NCBI GenBank assembly: GCA_046485285.1
Contig: JAWOHE010000064.1
Location: forward strand, 1-40,468
DNA from: a bacterium
GTDB taxonomy: Bacteria; Hydrothermota; Tepidihabitantia; Tepidihabitantales; Tepidihabitantaceae
DNA length: 40,468 bases
Reading direction: 5' to 3'
The first letter of the stretch is position 1; each line of letters starts with the position of its first letter. Made by a program: the position numbers and the translations under genes. Of the stretch, positions 1-8,127 are shown piece by piece. The notes under the pieces were generated by a model. It was not told where the DNA came from. It was given only the letters and a program-made list of their open reading frames with translations, and made no database searches.

Positions 1-146
1 GCAATCAGGGCCGGCTCTTTGATCAGCTTGGCCATCGTTTCGGAACTGCCGTCCGGCAACCTGCCGCCGGCTTCGCGCTCGAAGCGCAGTCTGTACTTCG
101 CCCAGCGGGCCGCGCCGTCGGGCGGTGGGACCCGATATGTCGACAT
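1..146 (-). CDS. Hypothetical protein, N-terminal part only (runs off window): MSTYRVPPPDGAARWAKYRLRFEREAGG...
   Basis: ATG at 146 with GGAG Shine-Dalgarno 5 nt upstream; open frame to the window edge; not in the ORF track. Confidence 0.55.
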   Translation of the reverse strand, partial: MSTYRVPPPDGAARWAKYRLRFEREAGGRLPDGSSETMAKLIKEPALI

Positions 147-420
147 CGTAGCTCCTTTGCGGGATTCCCGCAGTCTGCGAACATCACTGACCTCCGGGTT
201 CCGGGCTGTCCGTGCGTGTCCGCACCCGCCTGCCGGCGCCACGGCCGACCGGCCTCAGCCGGAACCCTCTATGAAGTTATGTCATCTCGGAGACCGGTTC
301 TTGCACGTGACCTGCATCGGCAGGCGGACGAGGAGGGGCAATGACCGGCCAAGCGGATTCTTTGCGGAGAGTTACGCGGCTCGTCGGACCATCAGCCTGC
401 CGTGCCCGAGATGCACTCCC

Positions 421-624
421 CGGCTGAGCCGGCCGATTGCCCGGGCAGTCACCGGGCCGGTGACATGGTCAGTGACCGGGCGGATCACCACCCGGACGAC
501 CCGGAAAATGACGGGCCGGATTGCCTCCCGAATCACCGGCCGGGTCGACAGGCGGATGACCCGGATGATGATTGGCCGGGTGACTCACCGAGTCACCTCC
601 CGGGTGACCGGGTGGGTGACCCGG
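421..624 (+). repeat. Degenerate 12-bp tandem array A (~17 units, consensus CGGRTSACCSGG)
   Basis: Units such as cggatgacccgg, cgggtgaccggg, tgggtgacccgg in 12-nt register; followed by GGGGAGGGGGGAAATTCG. Confidence 0.85.
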
Positions 625-788
625 GGGATAGGGGAGGGGGGAAATTCGGGCAGGGGATAAATGCCGAGCTGACAAGAGATTACGGCGATTTGGCTCGGAA
701 ACGAAAATTGAGTTATCACGCAATATGCCCGCTGGAAATTCGAGGACGGACAGGGACAGGTTAAGGTTGAGGCTGAGGCGAAGGGAGC

Positions 789-1056
789 GGGTTTGACACA
801 AAGCCACGAAGAGAGGCGAGGTGTGTCAGGGCGAGGGCGTCGGACCGGGGGAAAGACACAAAGGACGAGCCGGGGAGGGCCGGACTCAACACAACGGCAC
901 GAACAGGTGCTGTGTGACAGGGCCAGGGCGCGGACGGGAGGCAAAGACACAAAGGGCGGGACGGGGCGGACCGGACTCAACACAAGGGCACGAAGAGAAG
1001 TGATGTGTGTCAGGGCATGGGCGTCGGACCGGGGGGAAAGACACAAAGGACGAGGC
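789..1056 (+). repeat. ~92-bp tandem repeat (3 copies) with ACACAA(A/G)G..ACGAA core and GACACA/TGTGTC inverted repeats (REP-like)
   Basis: gtgtgtcagggc...cggaccggggg(g)aaagacacaaaggacgag at 821 and 1005, variant at ~911; ccggactcaacacaa.ggcacgaa at 880 and 971. Confidence 0.85.
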
Positions 1057-1091
1057 GGGCGTCATCCCCGGTCGTTCCGCCGGAGCCCGAA

Positions 1092-1178
1092 GGTCGTCGA
1101 GTTGCGGTGACGCGGGCGGGTCCTGCCCCGCGCGGAGAGACGATTCCGCGTTGGATTCCCGGCCCGGCGGCATCTAAC
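1092..1178 (+). repeat. Dispersed ~100-bp conserved motif, copy A (most diverged)
   Basis: GAGTTGCGGTGACGCGGG...CGGAGAGACGATTCCGCGTTGGATTCCCGGCCCGGCGGCATCTAAC aligns with 26701-26801 and the reverse complement of 38753-38852. Confidence 0.75.
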
Positions 1179-1214
1179 TGGCGACAGCCGGGCGGCCGCC
1201 GGGCCGCGGCCCGG

Positions 1215-1664
1215 TCAGAGCATCCCGGCGAGCAGTTCGGCGACGGCCTCGAGGAACTCGACGTCGGCCGGGCTGAAGGCGTTCCGGGTCGAGGAGTCGA
1301 CGTCGATTTCGCCCCAGAGTTGGCCGCGGACGATTATCGGCACGACGATTTCCGACCGCGTCTCGCTGAAGCAGGCGAGGTAGCGGGGGTCGGCGCTGAC
1401 GTCGGGAACCACCTCGGTCTTGCCGGACCTGGCGCACGCGCCGCAGATGCCTTCGCCGGGCCTGATGCGGGTGTGCTCGGTCGGCGCGGTTCCCTGCCAG
1501 GGGCCGAGGACGAGCTCGTCCCCCTCGAGCCGGTAGATGCCGACCCAGTCGTAGTCGCCGAAGTTCTCGTAGAGGTAGAGGACGACCCGGGCCTGGGCGT
1601 CTTCGGGCCGCTGGGCGGCGCGGACGAGCGCGCGGACGGCTTCGAAGTCCGACTGGAGTCTCAT
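1215..1664 (-). CDS. GAF-domain protein, free methionine-(R)-sulfoxide reductase (MsrC/fRMsr)-like
   Basis: C-terminal 149 aa of ORF 1215..2243; motifs DWVGIY, LVLGPWQG, GEGICG, YLAC..ETRSEIVVP, IDVDS; ATG overlaps the upstream stop (ATGA). Confidence 0.85.
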   Translation of the reverse strand: MRLQSDFEAVRALVRAAQRPEDAQARVVLYLYENFGDYDWVGIYRLEGDELVLGPWQGTAPTEHTRIRPGEGICGACARSGKTEVVPDVSADPRYLACFSETRSEIVVPIIVRGQLWGEIDVDSSTRNAFSPADVEFLEAVAELLAGML

Positions 1665-2767
1665 GGCTCGAGGAACCTGCCGTTGCGGTGGATGGGCCGG
1701 CCGTCGCCGTAGATCGTGAAGTCGCGGCGGGTGTCGCAGACCATGTCCCAGTGGAGGGAGGACCTGTTGCGGCCGCCGGACTCGGGCAGGGACGCGCCGA
1801 GGGCGATGTGGACGGTGCCGCCGATTTTCTCGTCGAAGAGGGTGTTGCGGGTGAAGCGGGTGATGTTGTAGTTGGTGCCGAAGGCGAGTTCGCCGACCCG
1901 GCGCGCGCCCGGGTCGGAGTCGAGCATCGCGCGGAGGTAGTCTTCGCCCTTGTCGGCCCGGGCCTCGACGACGCGGCCCTTCGCGAAGCGGAGCCGGATG
2001 CCGTCGACTTCGCGGCCGCCGTAGACCGCGGGGAAGTTGTAGCGGATGCGGCCCTCGGCCGAGTTCTCGACCGGGCCGGTGAAGACTTCGCCGTCCGGGA
2101 AGTTCTCGCGGCCGTCGCAGTTTATCCACTTGCGGCCGGCGATGCCGAACGAGAGGTCGGTGTCCGGGCCTTCGATGCGGATGGTCCGGAGCGTGCCGAG
2201 GAAGCGGGCGATGCGGGCCTGGCGTTTCGAGACCTTCTTCCACTCCGCGACCGGGTCGGGCTTGTGGAGGAGCCCGGCGCGGAAGACGAAGTCCTCGTAG
2301 TCGGCGAGCGACATCTCGGCGTCCTGGGCGGCGGAGTGGGTCGGGTACTGGGTGCCGACCCAGCGGAGCGAGCCGGCCGCGATGCGCTTGAGCATCTTGT
2401 CGAAGAGCGGCTTCTGGGCGGCGTGGGCGAAGGCGATCCGCTTCGGGTCGATGCCGGTCAGCGCCCGCGTGTTCCAGCCGCCCCAGAAGGAGATGAAGGC
2501 GTCGAGCTTCTCCGTTTCGAGCTGCAGCGAGGGCGGGATGAAGCGGAGCTGGGCGTCGCCGGCGTGCTTGAAGACGAGCTCGGCGACGCCGTCGATGTCG
2601 ACCTTGAGGGTCGGGTGGCCGCCGGCGAGCAGGACTTCGCGCAGGCAGGCGCGGGCGAGGTCGGCGGCGAGGGCGCCGCCCTGGATGCGGACCCAGTCGC
2701 CCTTGCGGACGCCGATGCTGTAGCGGACGAGGACGCGGGCAAGTTTGTCGAGCCTGGGGTCGTTCAT
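1661..2767 (-). CDS. Aminopeptidase, peptidase family M29 (AmpS/AmpT type)
   Basis: MNDPRLDKLARVLVRYS start with GGAGG SD; NFPDGEVFTGP, GELAFG, LFDEKIGGTVHIALG, SSLHWD motifs. Confidence 0.93.
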   Translation of the reverse strand: MNDPRLDKLARVLVRYSIGVRKGDWVRIQGGALAADLARACLREVLLAGGHPTLKVDIDGVAELVFKHAGDAQLRFIPPSLQLETEKLDAFISFWGGWNTRALTGIDPKRIAFAHAAQKPLFDKMLKRIAAGSLRWVGTQYPTHSAAQDAEMSLADYEDFVFRAGLLHKPDPVAEWKKVSKRQARIARFLGTLRTIRIEGPDTDLSFGIAGRKWINCDGRENFPDGEVFTGPVENSAEGRIRYNFPAVYGGREVDGIRLRFAKGRVVEARADKGEDYLRAMLDSDPGARRVGELAFGTNYNITRFTRNTLFDEKIGGTVHIALGASLPESGGRNRSSLHWDMVCDTRRDFTIYGDGRPIHRNGRFLEP

Positions 2768-2831
2768 CGGGACCTCCTGGGTCGGGACCGGTCGTTGGCT
2801 GGCTGAACGGATGCCGGGACGGCGGCGACGC

Positions 2832-3932
2832 TCATATCGTGAAGCGGCCGTTCTCGTAGATGAGCCGGCCGTCGGCAAGGACGCGGCCGGGGTCCATCCG
2901 CCGGATGAGGTCGGCGTGGACCGCGCTCCGGTTGAGGCTGCCGGAGTCCGGGTAGCCGGCGCCGACGGCGAGGTGGATGGTGCCGCCGATCTTCTCGTCG
3001 AAGAGGATGTTGCCGGTCGGGCGGTCAATGCCGGCGTTGAGGCCGAAGGCGACCTCGCCGAGGACGCGGGAGCCCTCGTCGGTGTCGAGCAGGGCGGCGA
3101 GCGCGTCCGCGCCGCGGTCCGCGGAGTGGCCGACGACCCGGCCGGCCCGGAACTCGAGGACCGCGCCCTCGACCGGCCGGCCGAGGTAGTGGGCCGGGAT
3201 GTCGAAGCGGACCCGGCCCTCGGCCGAGTCCTCGACCGGGCCGGTGAAGACCTCGCCGGAGGGAAAGTTAGCCCGGCCGTCGGAGTTTATCCACTTCCGG
3301 CCCCGGACCGAGAGCCGGAGGTCGAGGTCGGGCGCCTCGAAGCGGAGCTCGGCGACGGTGTCGAGGAAGTCGACGTAGCGCTGCTGGCCGCGCGACAGCT
3401 CCTGCCAGGCCGCGACCGGGTCGTCACGGTCGACGAAGCAGGCGCGATAGACGAAGTCCTCGTAGTCGGCGAGCGCCATCCCGGCGTGCTGGGCCGCGGC
3501 CTCGGTAGGGAACTGGGTCAGGCAGGACGCGAGCTCGCCTTTCGCCTTGCGCTCGAGGAAGCGCTCGAACCAGGACCGGCGCGAGCGGGCCCGAAGCGCC
3601 CGGCGGCCGGGGTCGGTGCCGGCGAGGGCGGCGACGTTGTCGGGCGCGCGGACGACGAGCCGGGCGCGGATTTCCTCGAGTTCGGCGTTTTCGAAGGCCG
3701 GGACGTGGCCGAGCTGTTCGTCGGAGCCTTCGAGGATGAGGATGCGTTCGGTCTCGGCATCGGCGAGGCGGAGGACGGGCAGGGCGCCGAGCGCGAGCGC
3801 GCGGCGGAAGACCGCGCGGAGCAGGGGCAGGCCGGCGACGTCGCCGGTGAGCAGGGCGAGCCGGCCCGGGCCGAGGCCGAGGCTGTAGCCGGCGATGACG
3901 CCGGCCATCCGGTCGATGCGGGGGTCGGTCAA
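2832..3932 (-). CDS. Aminopeptidase, peptidase family M29 (second paralog)
   Basis: TTG start (MTDPRIDRMA) with GGAGG SD; NFPSGEVFTGP, ILFDEKIGGTIHLAVGAGYP, SAVHAD. Confidence 0.92.
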   Translation of the reverse strand: MTDPRIDRMAGVIAGYSLGLGPGRLALLTGDVAGLPLLRAVFRRALALGALPVLRLADAETERILILEGSDEQLGHVPAFENAELEEIRARLVVRAPDNVAALAGTDPGRRALRARSRRSWFERFLERKAKGELASCLTQFPTEAAAQHAGMALADYEDFVYRACFVDRDDPVAAWQELSRGQQRYVDFLDTVAELRFEAPDLDLRLSVRGRKWINSDGRANFPSGEVFTGPVEDSAEGRVRFDIPAHYLGRPVEGAVLEFRAGRVVGHSADRGADALAALLDTDEGSRVLGEVAFGLNAGIDRPTGNILFDEKIGGTIHLAVGAGYPDSGSLNRSAVHADLIRRMDPGRVLADGRLIYENGRFTI

Positions 3933-5275
3933 GTTGCCTCCCGGCGGGCGTACCAGCGCCGGACCGGTCGGAGCGCGAAGAGCCCGGCCGCGGCCGCGGC
4001 ACAGACGATGAGCCCGATTGCGAACAGCAGGTGCAGGTTGTCGAAGAGCCGGGTGAGCTGGCCGATGGCGAGGGCGTTGGCGGCGAAGGCGAGGTGCATC
4101 AGCCACTCGCGGTTGGAGAAGATGCGGCCCCGGGTCTCGGCCGGGACCGACTCGTGGAGGACGGTGTCCATCGCGACGTAGACCGGGGTCAGCGCCAGCC
4201 CGCCGAGGAAGGCGAGCGCGGCGACCGCGGCGAAGCTCCGGGCGAGCGAAAAGAGCACGACGGTCACGCCGAGGGCGCCGAAGCAGGCGACGAGGACGGT
4301 CTCGCGCCCGGCCCGGTGGCCGAGGAGGCCGTAGCCGACCGAGGAGAGAATGAGCCCGACCGAGCCGATCGCCGCGACGAAGCCGACGCCGCGGGTGCCG
4401 AGGTTGAGCGCGAAGGCGCCGGCGCTGCCCTGGATGACCGGGATGTAGAGGACGAGGAAGGCGGTGCCGCCGACGACGAGCGTTATCACCGAGCCGAAGA
4501 CGAAGAGCACCGGCGGGGTGCGGGCGGCGAAGTGCCAGGCCGCGCGGATGTCGGACCAGGCGTGGCCGAGCCGGCGGGCGAGCGCGGCGAGGAGCGTCTG
4601 CGGCCCGGCGGCGGGCCGGGGCGGCGGCAGGAATCCGCCGAGCCGGCGGTAGATGAGCGCGAGGCCGAGGACCGAGACGAGGTAGGTGAGGCCGTCGAGG
4701 TAGAAGCCGGCGGACCAGGCCGGGCGGATGCCGACGCGCGCCCAGCCCGACCAGTCGACGACGAGGCCGCCGAGGACCATCCCGCCGAGGGTGGCGACGC
4801 GGCCGGCGAGGTTGATGAACGAGTTGGCGGCGAGCAGGCGGCCCGGGCCGGCGCCGGCAATCTGGGGGATGACCGACATCCGGGCGGACTGGAAGAGGTG
4901 GCCGCCGAGGAATACGAGGAAGGCGACCGCGAAGACCGGCGCGAGGGTGCGGGTCGCGACGGCGACGAGGGGGATGAGCGCGACCAGCACCGCCCGGGCC
5001 GAGTCGCAGGCGAGCATCAGCTTGCGGCGGTCAAGTCGGTCAACGATGACGCCGGCGACCGGCGCGAGGAGGATCGTCGGCAGGGCGGCGACGACCGAGA
5101 GCGAGGCGATGGCCCGGCTCGAATCGACCCCGTGCGTCGCCGAGAACCAGGCGAAGAGCGCGAGGAGCGCCATGTAGTCGAGCTTGTCGCCGAAGAGCGA
5201 GACCGCCTGGCTGAGCGTGAAGACGAGGAGCGGGCGGTTGGCGATGACGCCGGCGGCGCCGGGGCGGCGGGGCAT
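3929..5275 (-). CDS. MFS transporter (DHA3/MefA-like)
   Basis: C-terminal 448 aa of ORF 3929..7312; SQAVSLFGD, AGVIVDRLDRRKLM (MFS motif A), many TM segments, VPAETRGRIFS. Confidence 0.88.
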   Translation of the reverse strand: MPRRPGAAGVIANRPLLVFTLSQAVSLFGDKLDYMALLALFAWFSATHGVDSSRAIASLSVVAALPTILLAPVAGVIVDRLDRRKLMLACDSARAVLVALIPLVAVATRTLAPVFAVAFLVFLGGHLFQSARMSVIPQIAGAGPGRLLAANSFINLAGRVATLGGMVLGGLVVDWSGWARVGIRPAWSAGFYLDGLTYLVSVLGLALIYRRLGGFLPPPRPAAGPQTLLAALARRLGHAWSDIRAAWHFAARTPPVLFVFGSVITLVVGGTAFLVLYIPVIQGSAGAFALNLGTRGVGFVAAIGSVGLILSSVGYGLLGHRAGRETVLVACFGALGVTVVLFSLARSFAAVAALAFLGGLALTPVYVAMDTVLHESVPAETRGRIFSNREWLMHLAFAANALAIGQLTRLFDNLHLLFAIGLIVCAAAAAGLFALRPVRRWYARREAT

Positions 5276-5320
5276 CAGGGTTGACCGCAGAGGCACCGGG
5301 AGCCCGGCGGCAGAGGATGA

Positions 5321-5544
5321 ACCACAAAGGCACGAAGAAGGGATTTCCGGGTTCGGAGTCGAAGCGGACAAACCACCAAGGCACGAAGAAGCGGCCTGCC
5401 GGCTCGGAGTCGAGGAGGATAGACCACCAGGGCACGAAGAAGGGATTTCCGGGTTCGGAGTCGAAGCGGACAAACCACCAAGGCACGAAGAAGCGGCCTG
5501 CCGGCCCGGAGTCGAAGAGGATAGACCGCCAGGGCACGAAGAAG
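5321..5544. repeat. Intergenic 51-bp tandem repeat (5 cores ACCACCAAGGCACGAAGAAG) with alternating A/B linkers (102-bp higher-order unit)
   Basis: Cores at 5321, 5372, 5423, 5474, 5525; linkers ggatttccgggttcggagtcgaagcggacaa and cggcctgccggctcggagtcgaggaggatag alternate. Confidence 0.92.
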
Positions 5545-5610
5545 GGACTTGCGGACTCGGACCCGTGAATCCTCCGGACTTGTGTCCCGGGGTGCTCCTG
5601 CTTTCATCGG

Positions 5611-6795
5611 CTAGCGCCCGTAGCGCGGTGCGGGGTAGCGGTCGAGGAGCTCGCGGTAGCAGGCCTCGATGCGGTCGGCGATGCGCGGCCAGGAGTAGCC
5701 GAGCGCCTTCTGTCGGCCGGCCTCGCCCATCCGGCGCCGGCGGGCGGGGTCCTTGAGCAGGCCGACGAGCGCCTCGGCGAGCGCGCCCGGGTCGCAGGGC
5801 GGAACGAGCAGGCCCTCGCGGCCGTCGGTGCCGACGACCTTGCGGTAGCCCTCGATGTCGGAGGCGACGACCGGCCGGCCGGTCGCCATCGCCTCGAGCA
5901 GGACGATGCCGAAGCTCTCGTTGCCGGTGGCGGGCGAGCAGTAGACGTCGCAACTGCGGTAGTAGCGCGGCCGGTCCTCGCCGGGGATGAGGCCGGGCCA
6001 GACGACGTGGTCGGCGAGGCGCTTGTCGAGGAAGTCGCGGTAGCTGTAGCCGAAAGGGCCGGCGCCGACCGCGACGAGCTGGACGTCGGGGACGTGGCGG
6101 ACGATTTCGGGCAGGGCCATCAGCAGGTACTTGAGGCCCTTGCGCGGTTCGAATCGGCCGAGGAAGAGAATCCTGGGCCGGCCGTCGTCGAGCCCGGGCA
6201 TCGGCTCGACGTCCGGACGGAAGGCCTGGATGTCGATGGCGTTGGGGATGATGCGGTAGGGGCCGGCGAAGTAGCGGGCGGTCGAGTCGCGGGCGCGCTC
6301 GCTGACCGCGATGAGGCCGTGGATCATCTTGAAGTAGGGGTTGAGGAGCGGCTTGAGGACCGTGTAGGCGAAGCTGCGCCTGAAGTCGGCGTGGAAGGTG
6401 AAGACGTTGACCGCGTTGGAGGCGCGCAGGGAGACGATCGGCAGTGACGGCGCGAGGGTGCCGTGGATGTGGACGATGTCGAACCGGCCGCGCTCGAAGT
6501 ACTGCCGGACCTGGTGGGTCGGCCGCCAGGCGGTCGGGATCCGGGCGAAGCTCCGGTTGGTCGGGACGAGCAGGGCCCGGCCGACCCGGAAGACGTGCTC
6601 CTCGCCGGGCGTGCGGTCGAGGGTCTCGATGGTCTTGCCGCCGAAGGTTGAGGTAAGGACCTTGACGGTGTGGCCGCGGCGGCGGAGTTCGACCGCGAGG
6701 TAGTGGATGTGGTCCGGGATGCCGCCGACGTAGGGATAGTAGTTGTCGGTGACCATGCAGACCCTGAGCGGCGGGTCGCCGCGGCAGGCGGCCAC
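5611..6795 (-). CDS. Glycosyltransferase family 4 (PimA-like)
   Basis: YYPYVGG N-terminus, FLGRFEPRKG, ESFGIVLLEAMATG (EX7E), ASDIEGY. Confidence 0.92.
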   Translation of the reverse strand: MAACRGDPPLRVCMVTDNYYPYVGGIPDHIHYLAVELRRRGHTVKVLTSTFGGKTIETLDRTPGEEHVFRVGRALLVPTNRSFARIPTAWRPTHQVRQYFERGRFDIVHIHGTLAPSLPIVSLRASNAVNVFTFHADFRRSFAYTVLKPLLNPYFKMIHGLIAVSERARDSTARYFAGPYRIIPNAIDIQAFRPDVEPMPGLDDGRPRILFLGRFEPRKGLKYLLMALPEIVRHVPDVQLVAVGAGPFGYSYRDFLDKRLADHVVWPGLIPGEDRPRYYRSCDVYCSPATGNESFGIVLLEAMATGRPVVASDIEGYRKVVGTDGREGLLVPPCDPGALAEALVGLLKDPARRRRMGEAGRQKALGYSWPRIADRIEACYRELLDRYPAPRYGR

Positions 6796-8103
6796 TCAAT
6801 CCCCGCTCGTGCGCCCGGGGTAGACCTCGAGCGCGCGGCGGAGGATGACCATCGCGCGCGCGAGGTCCTCGGTCCTGAGGACGTAGGCGATGCGGACCTC
6901 GTTGCGGCCGAGCCCGGGCGTGGCGTAGAAGCCGGCCGCGGGCGCGACCATCACCGTCTCGCCGTCGAGCGCGAAGTCGCGGAGCAACCAGGCGGCGAAG
7001 CGCTCGCTGTCGTCGACCGGCAGGCGGGTGACGGTGTAGAATGCGCCGCGGGGGAGCTGGCAGAGCACGCCCGGCATCGCGCAGAGCTCGCGGGCGAGGA
7101 GGTCGCGGCGGGCCCGGTACTCGGCGCGGACCGCGTCGAAGTAGGCCGGCGGGGTGGCAAGGGCGGCGAGGGCGGCAAGCTGGTCGACGGTCGGCGGGCA
7201 GAGCCGAGCCTGGCCGAACCTGAGCACGGTTGCCATCAGGTCGCGGTTGCGGCTGACGATGCAGCCGATGCGGGCGCCGCAGGCGCTGTAGCGCTTCGAG
7301 ACGCTGTCGCACATCACCGCGCGGTCCGCCAGCCCCTCGAGCGCGAGGACGCTCTTGTGCCGGACCGTGTCGTCATAGATGAACTCGCGGTAGACCTCGT
7401 CGGCGATGAGGAAGAGGCCGCGCTCGAGCGCGAGGCGGCGGAGCATCGCGAGCTCGTCCGGCGAGAGCACGACGCCGGTCGGGTTGCCGGGGTTGGAGAA
7501 CATTATCGCCCGGGTGCGGGGGGTGATCTTCGCCTCGAACTCGGCCGCCGGGGGCAGGGCGAAGCCGTTGTCGGCGCGGCAGGTGACCGGGACGAGGCTG
7601 ACGCAGCTCATCGCCGCGAAACCGGCGTAGTTGGTGTAGAACGGCTCGGGGACGATGATCTCGTCGCCCGGGTCGCAGATCGCGTCGAAGACGAAGAGCA
7701 GGGCCTCGCTGCCGCCGGTCGTGACGAGGATGTCGCGGGGCTCGACCGCGAGGCCGAGCCCGGCGCCTTGCGCCGGGAATCCTCCGGAGGCAGAGGAACT
7801 GCTTCCTGTTCTTCCCGCGCCTTCGGCGCGGCATCCGGGGTCACAGACCCTGGTGTAGTAGCCGGCGAGCGCCGCGACGTAATCGTAGAGACCGCCGGAC
7901 GGGCCGTAGGACAGGACCTTCGCGTCGAATCGGCGGTAGGCCTCGATCATCTCACGCGGGGTCTCGATGTCGGGCTGGCCGATGTTCAGGTGATAGACCT
8001 TGACGCCGCGCGCCTTCGCCTCGTCGGCGAGCGGCACGAGCTTGCGGATCGGCGAGGCCGGCGTCCGCCGGCCCCGGTCCGAGATCGCGACTCTTTCCGC
8101 CAT
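6796..8103 (-). CDS. PLP-dependent aminotransferase class I/II (aspartate aminotransferase-like) with ~30-aa internal insertion
   Basis: LNIGQPD, TTGGSEAL, SNPGNPTG, ADEVY, DSVSKRYSACGARIG; GGGAG SD. Confidence 0.92.
   Translation of the reverse strand: MAERVAISDRGRRTPASPIRKLVPLADEAKARGVKVYHLNIGQPDIETPREMIEAYRRFDAKVLSYGPSGGLYDYVAALAGYYTRVCDPGCRAEGAGRTGSSSSASGGFPAQGAGLGLAVEPRDILVTTGGSEALLFVFDAICDPGDEIIVPEPFYTNYAGFAAMSCVSLVPVTCRADNGFALPPAAEFEAKITPRTRAIMFSNPGNPTGVVLSPDELAMLRRLALERGLFLIADEVYREFIYDDTVRHKSVLALEGLADRAVMCDSVSKRYSACGARIGCIVSRNRDLMATVLRFGQARLCPPTVDQLAALAALATPPAYFDAVRAEYRARRDLLARELCAMPGVLCQLPRGAFYTVTRLPVDDSERFAAWLLRDFALDGETVMVAPAAGFYATPGLGRNEVRIAYVLRTEDLARAMVILRRALEVYPGRTSGD
7759..7850. 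repeat. Cluster of short palindromes inserted in frame in the aminotransferase
   Basis: CCCGGCGC-CTT-GCGCCGGG; CCTCCGGAGG; AGGAA-CTGC-TTCCT; CCGCGCC-TTC-GGCGCGG; GGGTC-ACA-GACCC. Confidence 0.7.
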
Positions 8104-8127
8104 CACAACTCCCTTCGGAGAACGTCC

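Noticed and set aside
5321-5544. CRISPR array
   Set aside because: Spacers are not unique (ABAB) and resemble each other; the repeat is only ~20 bp; no cas genes or leader
3929-7312. 1127-aa fusion ORF
   Set aside because: The N-terminal part is an off-frame shadow of the aminotransferase and GT4 genes plus translated repeats; only the MFS part from 5275 is credible
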